DNA of 64,000 nucleotides from Pedobacter sp. (GTDB taxonomy: Bacteria; Desulfobacterota; Desulfuromonadia; Desulfuromonadales; Syntrophotaleaceae): NCBI GenBank assembly GCA_050253415.1, contig JBFWJC010000003.1, forward strand, positions 96,001 to 160,000, written 5' to 3'. A program made the position numbers and the translations under genes. The notes beneath the pieces are model-generated. The model was not told the origin of the DNA and made no database searches. It saw only the letters and a list, made by a program, of their open reading frames with translations. This document shows, piece by piece, positions 10,209-17,603 of the stretch (positions are counted from its first letter, which is position 1; the number at the start of each line of letters is the position of its first letter).

Positions 10209-10258
10209 AAAAAGCCGCCCCTTGCGCAGAACTGTGCATGGGGCGGCTTTTTATTTTT
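10209..10258 (+). terminator. Rho-independent terminator after dsbC
   Basis: AAAAAGCCGCCCC...GGGGCGGCTTTTT. Confidence 0.8.
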
Positions 10259-10413
10259 GGTGCGTGTAGCGTGGGGTTATTCAGGTCGTTTCATTATTAG
10301 AAGGTTTGACACCTGTTAATGTGAAGGTGTACAAAAATGAAGTTTTCAGAAGCGTTGTGAGCGGAAAGTCAGGTTTTTGATCGGGTTTTATGAAGGTGAA
10401 CAAGACGCTTAAT

Positions 10414-10536
10414 AAGTGGAAAAATCATCGGGGTATTTTCCACTTTTACCCCTTTAATATCGTGATAGGTGGAAAATAGTCCATATATAATGAGTGATAT
10501 GACGGAAAATTTTCCACCTATCAACAATGTTAGGAA
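10414..10536 (+). mobile_element. Candidate integron attI site with upstream inverted repeats
   Basis: CCTATCAACAATG/TTAGGAA resembles the attI core AAC-NNN-GTT; GTT at 10529 opens cassette 1; GTGGAAAA motif occurs four times as two inverted pairs. Confidence 0.6.
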
Positions 10537-10550
10537 AACAAGGACATATT

Positions 10551-11000
10551 ATGTGCAAATTATTTGGCCTACTCTTTCTAGGTTTACTCCTATTTGGTTG
10601 TTCTGGAAATCCGACAGCAATAAGAGGTGGTGAAATAGCAAATAAAAACCTCCACAAACAAAGATCGCCAATACGAGTAATTGTAGAAGTTTTGGAAGGT
10701 GGAGTAGCTGTTATGAGGCCTGTTTGGGCCGGAGAAAAAGGTGCTAGCATCATAAACGTTGCTGATGACACTTTAAAAGCAGATATTTATAAATTATTTC
10801 AAGAAAAGTGCGGTTTTCAGAAAGCCGATCTTAAAGAGGTAAGGGTGGTTGAACATAAGCACCCTTTCTATTATGAGGTATGGGTTTTCAGTGACACGCA
10901 ATCAAAGAACGCTGACGGCACGACAGGGGTATCGCTAATTCTTAATTTTCCAGCCTCAGGAGGCACAGACATTAACTTAATTGGCAACTGTCGTTCCTAA
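10551..11000 (+). CDS. Hypothetical lipoprotein (gene cassette 1)
   Basis: Lipobox LFGC; AGGA RBS; stop codon inside the attC R'' box. Confidence 0.8.
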   Translation: MCKLFGLLFLGLLLFGCSGNPTAIRGGEIANKNLHKQRSPIRVIVEVLEGGVAVMRPVWAGEKGASIINVADDTLKADIYKLFQEKCGFQKADLKEVRVVEHKHPFYYEVWVFSDTQSKNADGTTGVSLILNFPASGGTDINLIGNCRS

Positions 11001-11097
11001 CAAGCCACTCCACCGGATGGTACAAGGAGCGGCGGTTCTCGTTAAAGTCTTTGCTTCGCCAGTGGCACAGCGCCACCGGTGAGCTATATCGTTATGT
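10995..11097 (+). mobile_element. attC site 1 (intact)
   Basis: R'' TCCTAAC, 5-nt spacer, L'' ACTCCACC ... L' GGTGAGC, 6-nt spacer, R' GTTATGT. Confidence 0.85.
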
Positions 11098-11100
11098 TTC

Positions 11101-11184
11101 CAAGTTACCCACGAAAAGTGGACACCCTCATCAATGAGGTTACTCTAGATCGAGAGGTGTCAACATGGCCAATAAGAGAAGCTT
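11101..11184 (+). mobile_element. IS3-family left-end remnant (IRL, leader, first codons of orfA)
   Basis: TTACCCACGAAAAGTGGACAC...TGAGGTTACTCT...AGAGGTGTCAACATG resembles the IS3 left end as recalled; terminal TG lost; no transposase follows. Confidence 0.65.
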
Positions 11185-11185
11185 A

Positions 11186-11261
11186 CGAATGCACTCGGAC
11201 GGCAAAAGCCGCGCCGCTTCGCTCTGTGCCGTTTCCCAGCCGGTTATGCTGAGTGTCATGT
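11186..11261 (+). mobile_element. attC site 2 (decayed, R'' missing)
   Basis: L'' AATGCACT CGGACGGC ... GCC GGTTATG CTGAGT GTCATGT (GTT mutated to GTC). Confidence 0.6.
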
Positions 11262-11319
11262 GTTTTGTAACCCTTAAAGAAGCCATCTTTACGAAAACTT
11301 AATTGACGGAGGAAGAACG

Positions 11320-11784
11320 ATGAAGCAATCGAAAAACATTTTTTTGTTAAATGCCATTGTTTTAACCGGATTGATCCTGATGTTGCCGAAATTTTCGTAT
11401 GCGCACTGCCAGATTCCTTGTGGGATTTATAATGATTATGCCAGAGTTCAATCGATGCTCGAAGATGCCGCTACAATTGAAAAATCGATAAAATTAATCA
11501 ATGACTTGTCAGGCAAATCCGATGCCCAGTCAAAGAATCAATTGGTTCGCTGGGTAATGAATAAAGAAAAACATGCCCAAAATATTATCTCTACAATTAG
11601 TGATTATTTTTTAACCCAGAGAGTTAAACAGAATCAAAAAGACTATGCTGAACGCTTGATAAAACACCATGCGGTAATTGTTTCAGCAATGGAAGCCAAA
11701 CAAAATGCTGATATGAAATATGCTAAAGCCCTAAAGGATTGCATTGAGACTCTGTTACCTTACTATCCTGAGCAAAAGCACTAA
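11320..11784 (+). CDS. sodN: Nickel superoxide dismutase precursor (gene cassette)
   Basis: Ni-hook HCQIPCGIY directly after a signal-peptide-like leader ending SYA; RWVMNKEKHA; GGAGG RBS. Confidence 0.92.
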   Translation: MKQSKNIFLLNAIVLTGLILMLPKFSYAHCQIPCGIYNDYARVQSMLEDAATIEKSIKLINDLSGKSDAQSKNQLVRWVMNKEKHAQNIISTISDYFLTQRVKQNQKDYAERLIKHHAVIVSAMEAKQNADMKYAKALKDCIETLLPYYPEQKH

Positions 11785-11791
11785 ACAGCAC

Positions 11792-11852
11792 GTATAACAA
11801 TTTGCTGCACGGGAGCGCAAAAAGCGCGCGCCCCGTGAGCAATGAGTTAGAT
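11792..11852 (+). mobile_element. attC site 3 (intact, 61 bp)
   Basis: GTATAAC-AATTT-GCTGCACG...CGTGAGC-AATGA-GTTAGAT with the unpaired base at position 4 of L''. Confidence 0.9.
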
Positions 11853-11915
11853 TGCAGAATATAAAAATAGAAAGAATAAGGATCTTGGACTTTTCAGTAA
11901 ATGGGGGAGAAGACC

Positions 11916-12356
11916 ATGAATTTTCAAATGGATCATATTGTTATCAACACTGTTGATATTAGCAAGTCGCTTCATTTCTACACGAAAATTCTTGATTTGC
12001 CCGGCGAACGGATAGAAGAATTTAAAAACAATCAAGTTCCCTTCCCATCAGTTCGAATTACAAAAGACACCATCATCGACCTTTTCCCAAAAAAACTTTG
12101 GAAAACAACAAATCCTGAAAACGTTTGCCGCCCCAACCTCAATCATTTCTGCCTCTCTACGAGTAAAAATAATTGGGAATCGCTACAGGAAAAACTTAAA
12201 GAAAACCATATTTCTATTGACGATGGCCCATCTAAACGATGGGGCGCTCACGGTTCAGGTGTTTCTATCTATTTTCGTGACCCAGATGAAAACGTGATTG
12301 AAGTTCGTTATTACGAAAATGAGGAGGTTGACCAAGCTTGCATACTCAGTTCGTAG
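11916..12356 (+). CDS. VOC/glyoxalase family protein (gene cassette)
   Basis: MDHIVINTVD..SLHFY, LNHFCL, GAHG..SIYFRDPDENVIE. Confidence 0.88.
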   Translation: MNFQMDHIVINTVDISKSLHFYTKILDLPGERIEEFKNNQVPFPSVRITKDTIIDLFPKKLWKTTNPENVCRPNLNHFCLSTSKNNWESLQEKLKENHISIDDGPSKRWGAHGSGVSIYFRDPDENVIEVRYYENEEVDQACILSS

Positions 12357-12373
12357 AATTGTAAGGGAAGACA

Positions 12374-12490
12374 ATCAAACAAACTAATCAACCTGATGGA
12401 AAATACGTCTGTGCTAATTGGTAAAACAAAACCATATTGAGGTGGTGCACACAAGGACGCGTCGCCGTCGGTTATAATGAAACGTTAGAT
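12374..12490 (+). mobile_element. attC site 4 (near-intact)
   Basis: R'' ATCAAAC, L'' AATCAACC ... L' GGTTATA, R' GTTAGAT; internal GTGC/GCAC stem. Confidence 0.75.
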
Positions 12491-12496
12491 AGCAAA

Positions 12497-12883
12497 ATGA
12501 ATTTTACTAAAACAATTACAGCATATTTGATTCTGACAATTGGCTATCTTGTAATTGCAGTAAGCATTAACAAGCCGGTCGTCGATATCGCTGCGGCTGT
12601 TTTCGTCTCATGTTTTGCATTTCTTTTGGCCAAGCCCGACATTAAAGGAGTCGCTGTTTCCTTGTTTGTCTCAACGTACCTATTTGTAAATGTCATTCTC
12701 TACACAATTGTGAAAAGCCAAGGCATTAAAAATCCAATTCTATTTATTTATTCGGAAACCACCGCAACTGAACTTGTATTCGGGACCGTCCCATTCATTT
12801 CAGGGGTTACGTCCTATCTTGCTTGTCAATGGATATCTAACCAAAAGATGAAGTCGGACGAGGACCTTCCCCCGCTAAAATAG
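12497..12883 (+). CDS. Hypothetical membrane protein (gene cassette)
   Basis: About four hydrophobic segments; ATG 6 nt after attC4; reads through truncated attC5. Confidence 0.7.
   Translation: MNFTKTITAYLILTIGYLVIAVSINKPVVDIAAAVFVSCFAFLLAKPDIKGVAVSLFVSTYLFVNVILYTIVKSQGIKNPILFIYSETTATELVFGTVPFISGVTSYLACQWISNQKMKSDEDLPPLK
12835..12860 (+). mobile_element. attC site 5 (left half only)
   Basis: ATCTAAC-CAAAA-GATGAAGT-CGGACG, then abrupt switch to an IS-like end; TATCTAAC is the exact complement of cassette start GTTAGATA. Confidence 0.75.
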
Positions 12884-12913
12884 ACACCTCAACCCAATCA
12901 GGAGGCGTATATG
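12861..12913 (+). mobile_element. Second IS3-like left-end remnant
   Basis: GGACCTTCCCCCGCTAAAATAGACACC followed by GGAGG-ATG; same layout as the 11101 stub. Confidence 0.5.
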
Positions 12914-13720
12914 GCAAATCAACGACGGGCGCTTTTCCTTTCCCATGGGGGCGGCCCATTACCGCTTCTTGGGGACAAGTCTCATGAAGAAATGGTCCAG
13001 TGTCTGAAAGAAATTGAAGCGACCATTGAAAAACCGTCGGCCATTATCATAGTAAGTGCGCATTGGGAGGAAAGTAGCCCAACCATAACTTCGGGAGCCA
13101 ACCCGGAGCTGATATACGATTACTATGGATTTCCTCCGGAGGCTTACACGATTGAGTACCCTTGCCCGGGAGAACCGTCCCTGGCTGGCCAGATAGCCAA
13201 GCGGTTTGCGGAAGCAGGTATCGATGCCAGGCTCACCGGAGAGAGGGGATTCGACCACGGCCTGTTTGTACCGCTGAAAATCATGTACCCCGAGGCTGAT
13301 ATCCCGTGTGTGCAACTGTCGCTGCTCAAGAGTCTTGATCCTGCCGAACACGTCAAAATGGGGCAAGCCCTTCAATCCCTGGGTGATCAATCGTTACTCC
13401 TCATCGGGTCCGGGTTTTCCTTTCACAATATGAACGCCTTTTTTGCACCGGACACGGATGAAACCAGGGCCATGAATGAAGCATTCGAGAATTGGCTGCT
13501 TGAAACGTGTCAAAATCCGGATCTTGAGGAAGAAGAGAGGATGCAACGACTCGTACATTGGGCGTCCGCACCTTCCGCACGTTATTGTCACCCGAGAGAA
13601 GAGCACTTATTGCCGCTTCACGTCTGCTACGGATTTGCCGCATCGGCGTGCACGGAATCCTTTGAATTAAACATCCTGAACAAAAAGGCGAGCATGTACC
13701 TTTGGGAAATCGAAGGCTAA
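12911..13720 (+). CDS. LigB/DODA-type extradiol ring-cleavage dioxygenase (gene cassette)
   Basis: LFLSHGGGP, VSAHWE, YDYYGFP, RGFDHG, GSGFSFHN, HPREEHLLPL; stop inside attC6 R''. Confidence 0.92.
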   Translation: MANQRRALFLSHGGGPLPLLGDKSHEEMVQCLKEIEATIEKPSAIIIVSAHWEESSPTITSGANPELIYDYYGFPPEAYTIEYPCPGEPSLAGQIAKRFAEAGIDARLTGERGFDHGLFVPLKIMYPEADIPCVQLSLLKSLDPAEHVKMGQALQSLGDQSLLLIGSGFSFHNMNAFFAPDTDETRAMNEAFENWLLETCQNPDLEEEERMQRLVHWASAPSARYCHPREEHLLPLHVCYGFAASACTESFELNILNKKASMYLWEIEG

Positions 13721-13827
13721 CAAGCGACTGCAACGGATTGCAGCTCTTTCGAAAGTCTGCTGAGTTTGGCAGGAGTTGTTTTTCTGTTGGGCCTAAATTC
13801 GGTTCGGCAACATGCTGCGCCGTATAG
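13715..13827 (+). mobile_element. attC site 6 (right half decayed)
   Basis: GGCTAAC-AAGCG-ACTGCAAC-GGATTGC intact left arm; right arm GCAACATGCTGCGCCGTATAG degenerate. Confidence 0.6.
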
Positions 13828-14468
13828 TGAATTGTCAAAAAGGGCGATGAAGCAAATGATGATTGCTGCGACAGCTATCTCAGCCTTGATAGGCATATCT
13901 GCCCTCTGAACGGCCCCCTCCGTATTGCGATCAAAGATAATATTGTGGTAGAGCCCTTGGGGGAAGACCACTTCGACTTATCGAAATCTCAACTTTTCTC
14001 TTTCACAATTACCTTCAAAAACTGCCTGCAGGACGATTTTTAGTGACAATCAGAAGTGTCGCTGATTTCAGCTGAAATCTTTTTCTCTGGCATAACTTCA
14101 TGCCGCAAAAAACAACGCCATATCAACACGCTCCGGTACAGAAGACACTGATAATTTTTGCTTTTTAAAGGCATGGTGGGCTTTTGGTTGAGGATACTCG
14201 TCTCCGTAGTTACCTCCAATCAGAGGCCGTAGGCGGGTCATGAAACAGCCGTTGGGTAAGGTTCACAACTTTCAATTTTTGAAAATGGTGGTCTTGCCCG
14301 ATGGCTGTTTTTTTTGAGCCGCTTCAATGTCCACAGGAGATGCAGCCAGCCTGGTTGACGGTCGGATGGTTGCACGGCCAATGATGATATCCACCTTGGC
14401 TTGAGTATTGCCAGTATATCTATGGACGGGTATCACATTGAGACTTGCTTGCATACCGAGGAGACCAT

Positions 14469-15254
14469 ATGAGGCACTTTAGATTACAAGGCAGAACCGT
14501 AATTGTAACAGGGGCTGGTCGTGGTATTGGACATGGCATTGCCATCAGGCTTGCAAAAGACGGAGCCGACGTGGTTGTCAGCGATATCAATGCCGAAGAT
14601 GTCGACAGGGTCGTGAAGGAAGTTGAGGCCTGTGGGCGCAAGTCGCTGGGGATTGTTGCGGATGTGACCAAGCGTCAAGAAGTGTATGACATGGTGGATG
14701 AGGTTGTCGATGAGTTTGGACAACTTGACGCTATGGTGGCCAACGCCGGAATCGCACAGGTGAAATCAGCTCTTGAGCTGACGGACGAGGATTGGGACAA
14801 CATCTTTGCTGTGAACGTCAAAGGCGTATTTCTGTGCAATCAAGCTGCTGCAAAGCAGATGGTAGAGCAAAAAAGCGGAAAGATCATCAACTGCGCATGT
14901 ATTGCAGCACATACGGGCCTCGCTATGTTGTCGCATTACACCGCTACCAAATTTGCCGTGCGTGGATTTACTCAGGCATTAGCCAAAGAATTGAGGCCTT
15001 TTGGCGTTCAGGTAAATGCGTACTGCCCTGGCATCGTGGAAACGGCCATGTGGGATCTTATCAATCAGGAAATGGCGAAGGAGCCTGCACTTCCCAATGG
15101 TGAGACCCTGAAACAATATACCGAGCTTATCTCTGCCGGTCGCGCTGTGACGGCCGATGACGTAGCGGCCTTTGTTGCCTACCTGGTTTCGGAGGATTCC
15201 GACTATATGACGGGACAGTCCGTAATGATCGATGGCGGGCTTATCATGAATTGA
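14469..15254 (+). CDS. Acetoin reductase / 2,3-butanediol dehydrogenase-like SDR
   Basis: TGAGRGIG, NAGIAQVK, YTATK, VNAYCPGIVET.MW, YMTGQSV.IDGG match the BudC subfamily. Confidence 0.85.
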   Translation: MRHFRLQGRTVIVTGAGRGIGHGIAIRLAKDGADVVVSDINAEDVDRVVKEVEACGRKSLGIVADVTKRQEVYDMVDEVVDEFGQLDAMVANAGIAQVKSALELTDEDWDNIFAVNVKGVFLCNQAAAKQMVEQKSGKIINCACIAAHTGLAMLSHYTATKFAVRGFTQALAKELRPFGVQVNAYCPGIVETAMWDLINQEMAKEPALPNGETLKQYTELISAGRAVTADDVAAFVAYLVSEDSDYMTGQSVMIDGGLIMN

Positions 15255-15406
15255 TAGATTCAGTTCAGATATTGAGGGCGGGCCAAGTCAGTTTGGCCTT
15301 TTTTCAGGCAGTAACAAGGCAAAAGATAGTATGGATGAACGAATTCCGGAGATATGACGGGTTTGCCTGCCAAACCCGACCAGACACCAACTAAGGAGAA
15401 CATGCA

Positions 15407-16150
15407 GTGAGTTACGATATTACTAACAAGACGATCTTCATTACCGGAGCCAATCGCGGTATTGGCAAAGCTATCGTAGAGGAATTCATAAAACAGGGAG
15501 TTGCCAAGGTCTATGCTGCGGTGCGCAAGGTAGAGAGTGTTGCTCCATTGGTTGCCTTATATGGAGACAAGGTCGTTCCTGTCAAGGTCGATGTGGCGGA
15601 TGAAGAGTCGATCATCAAAGCGGCCAACGCAGCGCAAGACGTTGATGTCGTGGTCAACAATGCCGGTGTTTTAAGTATGTCATCGGTATTCGACGATAAT
15701 GCGATGGAGGCGTTGGCTTTTGAGTTGGATATCAACCTTTTTGGCCTGATGCGCGTCGCGCGTGCCTTTTCTCCGGTTCTGAAAGCCAACGGTGGTGGAG
15801 CTTTTGTGCAACTCAATTCCGTGGGATCTTTGAAAACAGTGCCGAATATCGCTACTTACTGTACTTCCAAGGCCGCTTCATATGCGATCACTCAAGCATT
15901 GAGAGAGGCCTTCGCCGAGCAGGGGACCCATGTTGTCAGCGTCCATGCGGGGCCGATCGATACGGAAATGCTCAATGACACCGGATACGGAGAGATCGCA
16001 GAACCGCCTTCACTGGTTGCTAACGGCATCATTAAGGCATTGAAGAATGGCGAGTTTCATCTTTTCCCCGATTCATTGGCCAGGCAGGTCGGCTCCGTTT
16101 ATGAAGGATTTGCGAAGAATGTTATTCTGGCCTCGGTGACAGAGGGCTGA
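15407..16150 (+). CDS. Short-chain dehydrogenase/reductase
   Basis: TGANRGIG, VNNAG, YCTSK; TAAGGAG RBS with GTG start. Confidence 0.9.
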   Translation: MSYDITNKTIFITGANRGIGKAIVEEFIKQGVAKVYAAVRKVESVAPLVALYGDKVVPVKVDVADEESIIKAANAAQDVDVVVNNAGVLSMSSVFDDNAMEALAFELDINLFGLMRVARAFSPVLKANGGGAFVQLNSVGSLKTVPNIATYCTSKAASYAITQALREAFAEQGTHVVSVHAGPIDTEMLNDTGYGEIAEPPSLVANGIIKALKNGEFHLFPDSLARQVGSVYEGFAKNVILASVTEG

Positions 16151-16304
16151 TTCCTGTCTTATACGTCTTTAGAGATGGATAGCAAGGGGGCTGGGCAAGG
16201 ATATTGTTCAGGCCCCTTTGTGGTCTGGCTGACCAAGTCTCATCGATATGTCAGCGCTGGCCTGCAGGGCATTCCTTGCCGTTTGTCGTCTATGATCCCG
16301 GCGG

Positions 16305-16362
16305 CCCACTCCCCACTCCCCACTAACAACTGACAACTGACAACTGACAACTGACAAGTGAT
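16305..16362. repeat. Compound heptamer tandem repeats CCCCACT x~3 and AACTGAC x4 (+1 variant)
   Basis: Read directly from the sequence. Confidence 0.9.
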
Positions 16363-16504
16363 AATCCCTATACCATTAGAATTCTTGACGAATTGATACA
16401 CTTGGCGTTACCTTGACTCGGCTTTATGGGAGTAGGTTAGCCTTTGAGTTTTGATCTTTTGATGGATGGAGTGATTGTTCGAGGGATGATCAAATAGTTT
16501 GATA

Positions 16505-16542
16505 AAACCGCTCGGCGCTGGTGAAGTGTGAGCGGTTTTTTT
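16505..16542 (+). terminator. Terminator-like hairpin upstream of the sulfotransferase gene
   Basis: AAAACCGCTC...GAGCGGTTTTTTT. Confidence 0.65.
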
Positions 16543-16637
16543 GTATCTGGGCCCTGGCTGGCATCGGATCGTAAGCTGATTGCGTCATTTAAGGTTGTTT
16601 GGCTTGTTCGAATGGAATGAAATGGGTGGGATGCAAA

Positions 16638-17375
16638 ATGTCAATCAAAGTTATCGGTGCCGGATTTGGTAGGACAGGTACGGCTTCACTGCGCACTGCA
16701 CTTGAAAAACTCGGATTTAACAAGTGTTATCATATGCACGAAATATTAGTCGAGCAATCAAGAGCCAAGTCCTGGTATAAGGCAAGCCAAGGAAAAGACG
16801 TAAATTGGGATCGTGTGTTTGAGGGTTACCAGGCGATGCTGGACTGGCCAGGTTGTAGTTTTTATAAGCAACTGGTGGAAAAATATCCGGAAGCCATGGT
16901 GATATTAACCGTAAGAGACCCTGACGAATGGTATACAAGCGTATCTAAAACCGTTTATCCTTTATCAAATTCCTTTTCAAGGTGGCACGCCTGGTTTTCT
17001 CCCACAGCCCGTATGATGAAAGGCATGCTGTTCAGGGTTATCTGGGAAGGGACCTTTCATGGAAAGTTTGAAGATAAAGAATATGCCAAAACGATATTTA
17101 AACGGCATATAGATGAGGTTAAAAGCACGGTTTCTAGAGAAAAACTATTGATCTATAAGGTAACCGAAGGATGGAAACCACTGTGCGAATTTTTAAAAGT
17201 AGACGTGCCGGAAGAACCTTTTCCAAGAATTAATGGACTGGAAGAATTCCATCTAAAAGGAAATGAAATACTTTCATTGTTTTCAAGTCTTTATAGTCGC
17301 GAATTAGGGACTAAAGTTCTCCTTTTTGTTTTAATCCTATCGTTTCTCTGGTTCGGCGGCAGAATCTGTGGGTAA
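16638..17375 (+). CDS. Sulfotransferase-like P-loop protein
   Basis: KVIGAGFGRTGTASL, CYHMHE, LDWP, VILTVRD..W, GWKPLCEFL..PFPRIN; C-terminal TM. Confidence 0.85.
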   Translation: MSIKVIGAGFGRTGTASLRTALEKLGFNKCYHMHEILVEQSRAKSWYKASQGKDVNWDRVFEGYQAMLDWPGCSFYKQLVEKYPEAMVILTVRDPDEWYTSVSKTVYPLSNSFSRWHAWFSPTARMMKGMLFRVIWEGTFHGKFEDKEYAKTIFKRHIDEVKSTVSREKLLIYKVTEGWKPLCEFLKVDVPEEPFPRINGLEEFHLKGNEILSLFSSLYSRELGTKVLLFVLILSFLWFGGRICG

Positions 17376-17431
17376 GGGTAATTTGGGGGACCAATCTTTT
17401 AGCCCTCGTTTTTCAGGCCCCCTGCGTTAGG

Positions 17432-17591
17432 AGGCTGTTGGTCTATCCATGAGCCGGCTGCTAATTCGACTTTTGAGAACGTATTCCAGCTCCTTTTCGG
17501 CTCATAAGTACAACAATGACCTTCAAATGAGCTAAAATCTGTTCTCTAGCATCCAGATTTTCGCTTCGGCCCGTATCGTCCGACACGACCT
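17432..17591. mobile_element. MITE-like element with decayed terminal inverted repeats
   Basis: AGGCTGTTGGTCTA ... TCGTCCGACACGACCT; ends resemble the palindrome at 51044-51074. Confidence 0.5.
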
Positions 17592-17603
17592 TGGGAGAAC
17601 ATC

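Noticed and set aside
10172..10530. Integron integrase upstream of the array
   Set aside because: Only about 350 bp separate dsbC from cassette 1, with no tyrosine-recombinase motifs. None of the listed ORFs in the window is a recombinase.
10995..13827. CRISPR array or terminator interpretation of the intergenic palindromes
   Set aside because: Units are not identical, are separated by whole genes, lack U-tracts and have attC box structure. No cas genes.
13905..13975. Amidase-like IAIKDNI peptide
   Set aside because: Short match in a non-coding frame; could be chance without a database search.
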